From: Octopus bimaculoides
Lineage: Eukaryota
Reading direction: 5' to 3'
Assembly (NCBI RefSeq): GCF_001194135.2
Contig: NC_068983.1
Location: 135,480,210 to 135,544,209, forward strand
Length of the DNA: 64,000 bases
Part shown: positions 38,216 to 50,620 of the stretch, one piece after another
Position numbering within the stretch: the first letter of the stretch is position 1
How the letters are laid out: every line of letters starts with the position of its first letter
Program-made: the position numbers and the translations under genes
Notes under the pieces: generated by a model
Databases searched by the model: none
Told to the model about the DNA's origin: nothing
The model's input: only the letters and a program-made list of their open reading frames with translations

Positions 38216-38307
38216 ATTACTTTGAATAAAGTGACAAAGATTCACAAACTATAAAAATGAACACATGTAACATATATAGAATGAAATAAGTATTTTATAA
38301 TACTTAC

Positions 38308-38377
38308 GGTGACTATCCAGAAGGTAGTTGCTGTATATATTTTGGGATGGGACCACTTTTTCCCAGACTTTTTTTAT
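38308..38377 (-). CDS. Candidate phase 0-to-1 adaptor exon linking the CG-1-like exon to the BTB exons
   Basis: Acceptor tatatattttag, donor ACC|GTAAGT. 70 nt open frame IKKVWEKVVPSQNIYSNYLLDSH. Caveat: may sit in repeat-derived sequence. Confidence 0.4.
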
Positions 38378-38966
38378 CTAAAATATATAACAATGATGAA
38401 TTAGTAGTTATTTGTTAATTCTGTTGTGTCTGGGAAGAGTCATTCTCTTTTAATGCTTTATAATTTAACACACTCACCAGTAAAATTTCCATTCATTTAC
38501 TTATTTATTTTTCTAAAACTTTTCATTGCATCTTGCAACCTTCTCTCTCCAGACACAAGAGAATATGCTTTAACACATGAACTCACATAAAGAATCTTGC
38601 AAACCAAATCCCAAAACGAAATATGAACATTATTTAGCAGTTATCCACGAACTGGATGCAAATATTTAACAATTTAAAAAAGGCCTTCACTATTTCTATC
38701 AAGTGATAGGAATTTTGACAACTCTTTGGTTTTCAAAACCAGTAAGAAGGCAAAGATTAAAGAAATACCATAACTCAAAATATCTTTGTAGGCATGAAAG
38801 TGATGAGTGTTTTAATGAGTTCTAGCATCTCTAAAGTAATTTATAATGATTTATTAGCACCAGTTGGAAGACTTCAAGAGAACCCCAATGCCTGACAAAA
38901 GACTAAAATAACCGGAAATCTTTTTCATTATGATATTCTACTGGCTTCAACTTCATTTTAACATAT

Positions 38967-39408
38967 CTTTTACTTGTTTAAGGCATTAGACTGTGGCCAT
39001 ACTGGAGCACAACCTTGAAGAACTTTTAGTCGAATGAATCGAGCCCCCAGCATTTTTTTTTTTAAGACTGGTACTTATTGTATTGGTCTCTTTTGTTGAA
39101 CTGCAAACACACCAACACTGCTTGTCAAGTAGTGGTGGGGGACAAACAGACACCACACACACACATATATATATATATATGTATGTATATATATTATATA
39201 TATATATATATATGTATATATATTATATATATATATATACACACAAGAAAGCCTTCTTATAGTTCTCGTCTACCAAATCCACTGACAAGGGTTTGGTCAG
39301 CCTAAGGCTATAGTACAAAAAACACTTGCCCAAGGTGCCACACAGTGGAACTGAACCTGGGAACGTGGTTGAGAAGCAAGCTCCTTACCAAATAGTCACG
39401 TCTGCACT
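38967..39408 (-). mobile_element. tRNA-derived SINE, diverged copy
   Basis: Same family as 46044-46499, with a (TA)n core. Confidence 0.8.
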
Positions 39409-39559
39409 TACATTTTTAAAAAGTTTGTAAATAAATTTTAGATAATACTTGAAAAACATATATGTAAAACCTATCAAAGGGATAAGTTCTACAGATCAGG
39501 GATTTTATAGGAGTACCAGGCCTTTCTACTACTTAAATCTGTAGATTGGTCTTATCTAA

Positions 39560-40105
39560 TGTTTTTCTAAATAGGTATGCTAGTTCACTGCCAAGACATG
39601 ACACTCTGGTATTATTTGTTGTCATACCATGAGTTGACCGTATCTATCTTTTTCCTAGTCTTTTCTGTGTTGTTCCAGGATTTACTCCTGTATAGCGGGC
39701 AGATCCCCTTTGCATCACTCTCTATGATGGCTTTGTACTTAGCCGTGGCTCCTTTTTACACTCTAATCCTGTCCCTTTGGTTATAGCCAGAGAACTGCAT
39801 GTGGTGGATGAAGTGTTGTATGTGTCTTTCCAATTCCATAGGGTCGCACATGCAAGACACATTCCTCATCACTCTCACCAAGTCTGCTATAAGAATATTG
39901 AACTTGGAATTGTCCACAATAGCTGTGTTCTGGTGGACAAGGTATTTAGAGGCCATCAGTTTGACATAACGAGAGTAAAGGGTCTGGACCTTATTGTTCT
40001 TGGGTTCTAACCAGAGTTCTGTGTCTAAAACTGGTAGCCTATAGTTGGGGTGCTTGTTTGAGTAGTCTATCTTGACTTTGATGGATGAAGTTAGCTATTT
40101 GCTAG
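39560..40105 (-). mobile_element. Penelope-like element RT thumb/linker remnant
   Basis: IDYSNKHPNYRLPVLDTELW...YVKLMASKYLVHQNTA...LVRVMRN...HHMQFSGYNQRDRIRVY...GICPLYRSKSW resembles the region after the RT in Penelope-like elements. Confidence 0.65.
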
Positions 40106-40129
40106 ATGCTTTCCATAGTGTTAGCTTCT

Positions 40130-41180
40130 AGATCATCAACATTGTCTTGTAAAGAGAGTCTGCTGAATGTCAACCCAACAGAAGGACCAGCTATCCAAAT
40201 TGACAGTACCTTGGTAGATAAAGCAATTAAGGGTATGAAGACAGGGATCACCACAGAGATGCTTAAAATATCTGGCGGTGTCAGCTATAGTCTAGTCACC
40301 CATATGGTCAATCAGGTGATACATGAAGGAGTCATACCCATTGACAGCACCATAGTCAACCGAGAGCTTCTCTATGCTGATAACTTTGCTCTAATAGCTG
40401 AATTACTATCAGAACTAAGGAGAAGTTTCAGATGTGGAAGCAAGGTCTAGAATTAAAGGGCCTTAGAGTCAATCTAGTAAAAACCAAAGTCTTAATAAGT
40501 AGGAAGGCAGACAAACCACAAATCCCTTCAGGTAGATGGCCCTGCTCAGTCTGTAGAAAAGGTGTAGATAGAAACTCCATAAGATGTACCCGGTGTAAGC
40601 TATGGACACATAAGAGATGCAGCAATATCAAAGGAAGGCTAACTGGGAAGATAGTTTTTGTGTGTGGCAAATGTTCAGGAGCAGTAAACACTGAAAATGT
40701 GCAGACAACAGCTTCCGTCACATCCCAGGAGGAAAAAAACTATAAGTAGTTGATAGCTTTTGTTAATAATGTAGTAACGCCTGCGCATGCGTAGAATTAA
40801 ACAAGCAAGCGTTTCCCGCTCAATTCATTCTCTTTTACGCTGGCCAGCGATTGAGCATGGACGTGTGTTTAATAGCTGTCCCTACATCTTTCGGTCTTAT
40901 ACTCGACAGCTCGTTATTCTCACCTCTAAAGATGTATAACTAAAGATATGTATGTTTTACCAAGTAAATAAATGTTGTTTAAGTTGTTTAGTCTGGAGTT
41001 CAGCGTTCCGTCTATTTCTTTAATTTTATAGTAGAAAGTCAGGTATACAATCTAAAGATGTATAACCCACTTTCTACTAAAATACAAATAATAAATGTTA
41101 CCTAGGTAACCAAGTCAGTAGCAGGGGGTGGTTGCTCTGAGAGTGTAGCTGCTAGAATAAGAATAGCCTGGGCAAAGTTC
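40130..41180 (+). mobile_element. RTE-type LINE fragment (RT, PHD-like Cys/His finger), interrupted by a 330-bp insertion
   Basis: LLYADNFAL..WKQGLELKGLRVNLVKTK, then CSVC..CTRC....H..C..CGKC. Resumes at 41096 with YLGNQVSS.GGCSESVAARIRIAWAKF. Confidence 0.8.
40766..41095. mobile_element. Unclassified insertion flanked by 5-bp duplication TGTTA
   Basis: TGTTA at 40761-40765 and 41096-41100. Removing one copy restores the LINE sequence seen at 25930-25960. Confidence 0.7.
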
Positions 41181-41300
41181 GACTTTGCCTTTCATCCTTT
41201 CGAGGTCGATAAATTAAGTACCAGTTGTGTGCAGAGGTCGATCTGATCGACTGGCTCCTCGAAAATTTCGAGCCTTGTACCTAGAGTAGAAAAGAATATT
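41178..41300 (+). mobile_element. SINE 3' part (gcctttcatcctttcgaggtcgataaattaagtaccag box)
   Basis: Inverted copy of the same family at 42970-43130. Confidence 0.7.
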
Positions 41301-42969
41301 TTACGTGAGTTATTCCCCCTTAAACCACGGGGTTAAGTTGGTAAAATCTAGCTGTTTTCTTTTCCTTGGGGGGGGGGGGGGTCGGATTTTAGTGTTTATT
41401 TTTAAATAGATGAGGGTCAAACCAACAGGTTTCGTCATTATATAACAAGTAATCAATATCCACCCACCTCTCTCATCCAAGATGTTGAGATAAGGTAGTG
41501 GACGGCATGAGAATAAGGGCAAGAAAGGTGGGTGGGGCGTTCGAAAGAAAGAGGAACATCGGTTATTTTAAGGCGGGTGGAATTATTTATTTGACCAGAC
41601 GAGCAACCAGGATAAGAAACTTGTCAACAGCATAATTATTACATACACACCTGTCCGCACATTACACGCTGTCGGTTGGGATCAGTACAAAATATAGACA
41701 AACACATATACGTGAGTCACAGATGGGTAATGGAAGCTGTCTTAACAATTTACATAAGCTTCCACTTGCGAGCGGGAAAGAATGCATAGTATTGCAGTGA
41801 ATAATAATAATAATAGGTTTATGCATGACACCTGTATGCATGCTTGCTACATGTGAATGTATACGTAATTAGAGAGGGTGTATTATTTTATTACATCCGT
41901 CTCACAAGTTTGTCGGGAAAGGGCACAGAAATAAAAATGTGAAAAAAAAAAAAGGATTTTTTTTGGACGACAAATTCTTTCACAAAAGAAAACAACCCCC
42001 TCCCACTTCCTTGCCTTTTCCCTTTTCCATGAGGGAGTGATAGTTATTACGAAAGTCCATAGATCAAAGTTTATATTCGTCCCACGAGACGAGTGTAATA
42101 GTAAGAATTCACCGCAAAAATTTACCTTGCCTATTATAATGGGTAAGTATTCTTATCCCCACCCCTGACAAATACCTATTCTATGCACTCATCTCACCAT
42201 CATCTCTTCTACCCATCATACCAGCCTTCCTCTCATTGAAGGAAAACACTCGATTTGTGCATATTGAATATATCTATCTCCTTCGCCAGACACCTATATC
42301 CTGCAACCTCACTTTCGTATGTCTTCCCAAATCATGATGCTTGAGTCAGATAGGAGAGCATGCGGGGAGGAGGGGTAATCTCCCCCGGACATGTTCTCTT
42401 GAGGATATACTCTGACTTTTCATCATATCTCATCTACACACCACCCACCTACATATAATGTGGGGTAGCACTGCATCACCTCACACTCAACCCACCCAAT
42501 CACACTTATCACTCTCTCATTAATACCTTGGAACTGCTTTTCCCTCTCTTTTATAACCTCCTTCCATCTTATCTTTCTTTTACACTCCACTTTATTCACT
42601 TGAGTATAAGCCGGGGGGGGGGGGTAGCATTGCATTTTCTCCTATTCAACCCTCCCCATCATCCTATCACTATAAATGTCATTCACTGTTCCCCTTGACA
42701 CTACTTTTTCCCTTTCCTTCCTTTTATACCTTTCCATAACACTTTCCCGTACAACCCTCTCTCAACAATAAGCAAAATTTATTCTGTAATATCTTCCTAT
42801 GCACACTCCATATAAATATACACAGGTCAACCAATCAGCACAAACCATTGCTCAGCTCTGTTTAGACAGGATTTCGTCCAGCAAACCTCTTGAGTGCTAT
42901 GCAAGATCATGAGTGGTGTGATTGGGTCAGGCAAATCCAAGCAAGCTCAAACAGATGATGACAGCATTA

Positions 42970-43130
42970 AATATTCTTTTCTACTCTAGGCACAAGGCCT
43001 GAAATTCTGGGAGAAGGGGCCAGTTGATTAGATTGACCCCAGTAAGCAACTGGTACTTAATTCATCAACCCTGAAAGGATGAAAGGCAAAGTCGACCTTG
43101 GTGGAATTTGAACTCAGAATATAAAGACAG
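42970..43130 (-). mobile_element. SINE, same family as 41178-41300
   Basis: Reverse complement matches 41178-41300. Confidence 0.7.
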
Positions 43131-44512
43131 ACAAAATACTGCTAAGACAGCATTAAATATTATAACACTAATTTAACTAAGTCTGAAAAGTTCTGTGTTA
43201 AAAATATTGTGAGAAGTGGAGAATCTAATATTTCTGGTTCTTGCACTTGCCCTTCATCTGAAAATGAGGAAGTGAGATAAAATGGTGTTGCTACAATGTT
43301 TACTTACCACAACCAAAAAGACAAGACTAATTCTTCTATTTCTCAATCTCAGGTAGAGGGCAATGGACATAAATTTTAAATTCTTCACTCCTCACAACAA
43401 TTGAACTTATCAAACTTTTCCATCAGTTTCCATGGAATCCAGATTTTAACTTCTTATAGAAAAAATGGGATTCTCACAGCTAGGATACTTTTGATCATAA
43501 ACCTGCTTAATTAAGGCTGATTGAAAACTAAACAGCAGCTGAATTAGTAAAAAGTGGCATCCATTAACTCTTCTCATTTCCTCTCATTGCCTGTTTGTTT
43601 CCCCATTTCTATGCTTCAATCCTATTTTATAGCCATTTAATTTTCATAATCCCTTCACAGATGAAGGAGCCTAGTCCATATAGTTATAATTCATTTCTGC
43701 TACACCGACTTATTCTAATTCATAAACTCTATTGAACAAGATCTTACCAATACAGACTGGTTCATGTATAACAGATAATTGGAGTGAGTTTAGTGGCATG
43801 AAATGTTCGGTTTGTAACAAAGTTTCAAACCATGACTTTTGGACAAATAATCTCAAACCTTGATCATTAACCCTGTATAAACTCAATAATAATAAAACAA
43901 TTATTTTATGGCAATTACTAATTTCACGCCTCCACTGTAGTTTTACAGCTTAACAAATATGAATTATTTTCTGTTTCTGCATTGTTGCAAGGAAAATAAA
44001 TTTATAAATAGATTCCATTGCATAAGTCAAATAATAAATGCTTTTCTTAAGCTGAAAACTGTCAGTTAACTACAAAACAATCTGCAAGTTGACATATCAG
44101 AAATTTCAACCGAGACCCAATAACCTAAGTAATGAATAAATCTCACTACTACATTTTTTTTTTTTTCAGATTGCATCAATTCCATTTTATTTATCAATAA
44201 TCATTTTATAAGACTTGAAGAGATGGATAACAAAGTTACTTCAAGCAAGATCTAAACTCTGAAATAAGGATATGAGCTAAATGTAATAAATAGCAATATA
44301 CTGTTGTCTGAAACAAACGTCACTGGTGATTTCATCAGTTCTTTAATCCAATGATTTCTGAATGACATACATAGCTTAGGTTAATATATAATAGTATTAA
44401 AATATTCTACAAGTGAAAACACCCTAACAGAAGTGACTAATCAGGTCTGGAAATTGTTGATTAAAATTATCTTTCTGCAAAAGACTGTCATCTTTCCAAA
44501 ATCAATAAAACA

Positions 44513-44655
44513 TTATCATCATCGTTTAACGTCCATTTTCCATGCTGGCATGGTTTGGACGGTTTGACTGAGGACTGGCAAGCCAGAAGGCTGCACCAGG
44601 CTCCAATCTGATCTGGCAAAGTTTCTACAGCTGGATGCCCTTCCCAACGCCATGT
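44513..44655 (-). mobile_element. RTE-type LINE 3' end
   Basis: catcatcgtttaacgtcc...gctggatgcccttccc as at 5600-5740. Confidence 0.75.
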
Positions 44656-44684
44656 ACTAATTAAATACTAACTGGTATTCTGTT

Positions 44685-44930
44685 AGTTACAATGATGAGG
44701 GTTCCAGTTGGTCTGATCAACAGAACAGCCTTGTCATGAAATTAATGTGCAAGTGGCTGAGCAATCCACAGGCACATGTATCCTTAACATAGTTTTCAGT
44801 GAGATTCAGCATGATACAGAATGTAAGGCTGGCCTTTTCAAATATAAGAACTATTCATTTTTGCCAGCTGAGTGGACTGGAACAATGTGAAATAAAGTGT
44901 TTTGCTCAAGGACACAACACACCGCCAAGA
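44685..44930 (-). mobile_element. SINE-like repeat, family of 22560-22838
   Basis: Reverse complement match to 22670-22810; gtgtccttgagcaa box at about 44905-44920 on the minus strand. Confidence 0.65.
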
Positions 44931-46043
44931 AATACAATTACAACCTTACAATACCCTCAACCACTATCAAGGATGAGATCTTACAAGAGCTGACAGTATT
45001 TTAGTAAGTGAATACACAATTACTACAGATTGAGTCAACAATATGATGCCTGAGTAAGAAGGAGAATGGTAAAGGTGTTACTGAATGGTCTTAAATCAAT
45101 AATAACTATGATTATATCAACTATTCCACAGTACTGCTTTAAGTCCCTTGCTATTCTTGCTATATATAAATGATATCTTCATTAATCCCATCCTCTTCAT
45201 TAAAATGGCTTGCAGATGATGTCTTGATGTGCAAACCTAAAATACTAACACTGATTATCATTCTTTTTAACAAAGTCTCGTCTATCATCATTAGAAGCAT
45301 AGGTCAATACATGGCAAATAAAATCCAGTACCTCCAGAGATGAAGTAGCAATTAGCCTCTTGGAATATTGGAATATGCCCTACTCATACTAGCTTGATGA
45401 TATACACCTAGATAGAATTAGCTAATTGAAGATAGCTCAGTGTCATCATCACTCAAAAACTGATTTTGGACTAAAGTTTACCTCAATAATAAAAGAATGT
45501 AATAAAAGTTTACACATATTTACGAGGTCTCTTTCTTATAAAACACAACTAAGATCTTTAGTGATAGAAAGGAGACTGAAAGGTTCATGTGCACAAAATC
45601 TTGCAAGACCCACTGACAGTAGATCATGAAAAGATATTGAAAACAAACATGGCATATACAATTTTTTGTCTCTTTTTTTCAGGAACAGCTTTATGTATTG
45701 ATTAACAATCAACAGCATTGGAAAGCATAAAGATTAAAGTTGTAGTTGAGAAAAAGTTGGCTGACACAAAGGACTGGAAGCAATCTGAATATTGGAAAAG
45801 AGTTACCAGTATCATGACGCTTTGCACTGAGTATCAAAATGCTAACATTATGACTGCTGCTCAATGCCTGTTGAAAACTGTAAGGGCTGTAAGACGTGAC
45901 ATGGACAGCTGCAACAGAGACTATGGAGTCATGGCTAGCAGATCTTCAGGCTCAATTCAGACTGCTATATGAAGCTGCTGAAGACTGTGGTCAATCCCTG
46001 GATGGAGAGGGTTGCTGCTGGAAGGAGAATATGGCTCTTTGCC

Positions 46044-46499
46044 ATACTCTCTTTACTCTCTTTTACTCTTTTACTTGTTTCAGTCATTTCACTTCGGCCA
46101 TGCTGGAGCACCGCCTTTAGTCGAGCAAATCGACCCCAGGACTTATTCTTTGTAAGCCTAGTACTTATTCTATCGGTCTCTTTTGCNNNNNNNNNNGACT
46201 TATTCTTTGTAAGCCTAGTACTTATTCTATCGGTCTCTTTTGCCGAACCGCTAATTGACGGGGACATAAGCACACCAGCATCGGTTGTCAAGCAATGCTA
46301 GGGGGGACAAACACACAAATATATATACATATATATGACGGGTTTCTTTCAGTTTCCATCTACCAAATCCACTCACAAGGCTTTGGTCGGCCCGAGGTTA
46401 TAGTAGAAGATACTTGCCCAAGATGCCACGCAGTGGGACTGAACCCGGAACCATGTGGTTGGTAAGCAAGCTACTTACCACACAGCCACTCCAGCGCCT
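46044..46499 (-). mobile_element. Full-length tRNA-derived SINE
   Basis: Minus-strand head AGGCGCTGGAGTGGCTGTGTGGT (A box) and GGTTCAGTCCC (B box), a CTTGGGCAAG central box, and an (AGAGTAAA)-type tail. Interrupted by the 10-N gap at 46187-46196. Confidence 0.85.
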
Positions 46500-46502
46500 C
46501 CA

Positions 46503-46835
46503 GAAATATTAAAAAAGTAGTTATTGGAGAATTTCTACAACTTCGCCATCCCCAATTTCTGATCTGCTAATTACTCCAATTGTAATCCTGCAGATTACTA
46601 TGTGTGGGGCACCATTGAGACAGACAGACACCAACTGCTCTGCCTGCAACATGAGGCCAAGCTGGTGGCCAAGATTAAGGAGATGTTTGAAGATCTTCAC
46701 AGGGACACTGAAGAATGCACAAGTCAGGTTCTGGAGCCTTTTTTTTGAGGTCGTGGTGAAACCTGAGAGCAGCTACTTTAAGTAAACTGTTATCTCCCAG
46801 GCATAATCTAGTTGATATGTTTTCTTTTCCTTTTA
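46503..46835 (+). mobile_element. Tc1/mariner (maT/DD37D-like) transposase C-terminal remnant
   Basis: YSNCNPADYYVWGTIE..TNCSAC...LVAKIKEMFEDL...RFWS.FEVVVKPESSYFK* matches the SPDxNPxDYxxW...RxEAVIxAxGxYFE end motif. Confidence 0.65.
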
Positions 46836-48402
46836 TGCAAACTATCAAATTTAGAAAGAACATCTTGCAGTATCAGTACTGGTATTTTAATTCGCAGAGA
46901 AAAATCTGATTATAAAAACAAGCATTCATTCTTAAATCGCATGTTTAACAGTGTACTTAAAAGGAATATACAATTTCCACAACCAATCACTAATGGCAGA
47001 ATATAACTAAAACATCGCTCTTTCCATCGCTAGACTGAGAACACTTGTTCTACGATTAAGTATGACTTCTGATACAGACCTAGTAACTTACGAGTTAAAA
47101 CTGAGTAGAGAACAGAAGTGTAGAATAAAGCATCATAAATGTTAATGGTATTATAATTTACGATGCCCATATCGTGAAATGATTTTTTAAATGCATCGTG
47201 GACAAATTGACACCACTTCAGTTAGGGAACTAAATAACTGACAATTGTTTTGGTAAGTAAAGCATTGAGCCAGATGCCTTACCATTTGGGCCAACTTAAT
47301 TCATAAATAAACTTCTGTTTTACAAGCGTACAGTTTACAAAGGGTGGAGATGGATCTGTTGGAAACAACCTAAAGAGGTCCAGTCAAGCATACATTTATT
47401 TTTTAGCTTACAATTTTTTTTTATTTCTCGTGCGATTTCATATAAATTAAAATTAAATACAGCCAGTTTTAAAATTTGAAAAATAAAATTAAACTATCTA
47501 AAGTTCTAATTGCTTGGTAAGCATTAAAAACCAAGTTGTAATAGTAGGCGTGTCAAGTTTGCTAAGAGTTCACTTCCTGTTTCGGAGGGAGGGAACCGGC
47601 GAAAAACTGTACAATTCAGAACCATGAGTTATTAAACACGGAGCATTTATTCTCCCTCTCCCTCAACATGAACTCACCTCACATAGTGATAAAAATGGAA
47701 TAAAAATATAGGAAGTCGTGGCATTGATACATTTCCAAAGAGCATTAACGCTCTCAGTAAAAAAAAAAAAGTCATACCAATTAGGAATATAGGCCAGACA
47801 CAACATTAGCAGAAAACAGCTCTGCGATGTTTATAATAGTACTTTATATATATCTCTCTATGAGCCTGCTTACAATATATAACTGCATTCCTGACTATAA
47901 TGTATTTCTATCTGTACTTAAGTAAATTTTAATTATATTGTGCTCGAGCACATATTTACATTTAAAAACAATTGAGTCAAGATCGATGATCAGTTGTTTC
48001 TCTCTTTATTACAAATACACTTGTTTTCAATGCCGAGAACCAGTTAGGAGGAACTAAACCTAACTCCATATATTACATGGTCCTTCGTTTGAAAGATCTT
48101 TAAAAGATTTGGAACTGTTACAGAACTATCATATTCCTCTCCCCAATACTCCCGAGAAAAAAAAACATGAACATAAAACACGATTTCTGAAATATATCTG
48201 CAATATATTGCACTCGAATAGAAAATCAAATTAACTTATGATCTTTTTATTACACTCTATACACTGAATAATGTAAGTTTTTGTTGCCCATCAATAATAA
48301 AGATATACGGGTTGCTTCTCCATTCCGTTGTGTATATTCTTTCAAAATAAGTTTTCAATTCTTACAATTCAAACAAGTAACCCAAATTTAAGTTAAACTT
48401 AC

Positions 48403-48915
48403 CTCATATATATCTGCTTTCTTCATAACGTGTCCATTATTCCTTTCAAATAAATCTTTCTTTCTAATAAGTTGTTCAGGCAAAGGTACGATAGATCGAA
48501 CTGAATGCGAAGAATGTCGGCTTTTTTTTCTGCTGGGAGCAACCGATGTATCCGTACACAGTTTTTCATCACCGATATAATGAATAACAACTTTCTGATC
48601 ACTGTCCAGTAATCTGTAGACATGCTTTTGAAAATTGTTTTTTTGTCCTTCTTTGGTCATTAAATAGAAGAAACTTTTCCGTAAAGCTGGGCGTCTGTTG
48701 AGGGACATAGTCGATGTACCTCTGTTCGACCAACGATAGCCATCTGTTCGCCAATTATCCAAATACATACGAAGTCTAGGTTGGAATAAATAGATTTCTC
48801 CCCCGGCAGGACGATTTGGAATTTTTGATACAAAGTTCGAACTTGGAAGACATAAAAGCTTCATAGCTTCTATTGTCTCAAGTCTTGTATATCTTCTTCT
48901 TGTATAAGGCTCCAT
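48403..48915 (-). CDS. CG-1 (CAMTA-type)-like DNA-binding domain exon, probably MULE-transposon derived
   Basis: MEPYTRRRY...PNRPAGGEIYLF...DNWRTDGYRWSNRG...LRKSFFYL...FQKHVYRL...VVIHYIGDE. 513 nt open from the ATG to perfect donor GAG|GTAAGT (phase 0). Possible non-coding upstream exon ends at CAGG|GTAAAT near 49454. Confidence 0.75.
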
Positions 48916-50620
48916 TATTATGATCCTGTTTCCTTCGTTAAGTTCGGGTATCAAAACTCCAATACAGTAATTTATATGAAAGTTATATGTGAACAAATAA
49001 ATCTCACGATAAAAATTTTAAAACCCTATAAATTTCAATATTCAAAAATATAAATTCACAATATCAAATTCTACACTATCGCACTATTTATTGAGAAAAA
49101 TAAATTACTTTCTATTTGTAGTATGTTAACATAATCACGAAATTGTTGCTGAGTTTATGTAAGATACTGTCGAGATTTAATATCTAATATTACTAACTTG
49201 AAATTCTGTGGCGTGATTTTTAGTGGAATTATACAAATTAAGAATAATAAAATATAAACAAAAGCAATCAAAGCTGACCTCAGAGAGAGAAAAAGAGGAA
49301 GAGAGAGAAAGAGTAATTTCATCTGTGACGGTTCAACTCAGTTGAGGTCCGGATGGTTGGTTGTTGAATAGAAGAAAGATCAGAGTTGGGTCGAATAGTT
49401 GCATGACATTTAGTTGGATCTAGATCTACAGACGAAAAAAATCTGTCGATTTACCCTGAAAAATAACTTTCTCATAGTATTATTGTCCTGCAAAGTCATT
49501 TTCACGCCACTCAGCAACGACTAAGAGCCGCTAATGTGGTCATTCAACCTACTAGAAATAGCAGTCGAATCTTTCAAATGACACCCTCAAAGGTTGTTTA
49601 ATGTTTCCTGCATGCGGGAATGCGTTTAATCATAGGCCTATTCGATCAGAGTTGATTTAGGGCTAAAAAAACAACAACTCCTGAGTCTATATATCTATGC
49701 TTGGAAACAATGGTGGGAAGAATGTTACAACTGAAATCCAATATACAGTATCAAAAAATATACTTATCTGCACAAATAATTATATAAATAGGAATGTGGA
49801 TAAATATACACATGAATAATATTTCGCTTTTCTCTTAGTTATATAAAATATATAATCCAAATTATTCCATGAATGTAATTTCAGCAATATAATTTATGAT
49901 TTTTCTTAAGCATCTCACGTAAGTTTTAACAAGTTAACAATTCAGATTTTGTTCTATTTTGTATATCTTTTTCTCCTTTTGTTTCTTAGATATCTAAACG
50001 TACAATAAAGCCAATTTAGGACGTGATTTTCTAAGAAAATTATGTACTGGAGTCAAACAATGAAGCAGCTTGCGAAGAATTTTGTCTCACGATCACGGCA
50101 GAACGTGTCACGACTTCACGAGATAAAGATAGCAATAATGGCGAATGGAATAACAGAATACACTAAATAAGGGAATGAACGAATATAAGAATGAAGGAAT
50201 AGCTTCACTCACTTCTTTCGTCTAGACGCAAGATTAATCGATTGAGTCAGTTAAATTAATCCAATATATAATACTGGTACCTGTTTTATTGACACCGGAT
50301 AAGTGAACGGGAAAATCGACAGAGATGGAATTCGAACTCACAACGTAGAATAAATGTAAAAAATAATTTTGTTTGGCTCACAACGTTATTGTCTGGGATT
50401 TTTTATAAATTTCTTTACATTATTTACTTATTCAACGTTTTAAAAAGTGAGGAAATGAGATTGCAGGAATGATATATAGACTACAATCGGGAATCGGAAC
50501 TAGGTCACATATTCAGCTAACTGGTAGATTAATTCAATAACAATGATAATGTCGGGGGATTGTACTTATTTATCGTAAAAGGTGAACAAAAGCGTCGTTG
50601 GTTGGTTACAGGTTTTCAAC

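Noticed and set aside
46140-46245. Direct 47-bp duplication around the 10-N gap
   Set aside because: Identical sequence on both sides of a contig join; most likely an unmerged overlap.
48044-48229. Immediate next exon for the CG-1 donor
   Set aside because: A phase-0 AG exists near 48140, but the frame is short and domain-less; kept only as an alternative to test.
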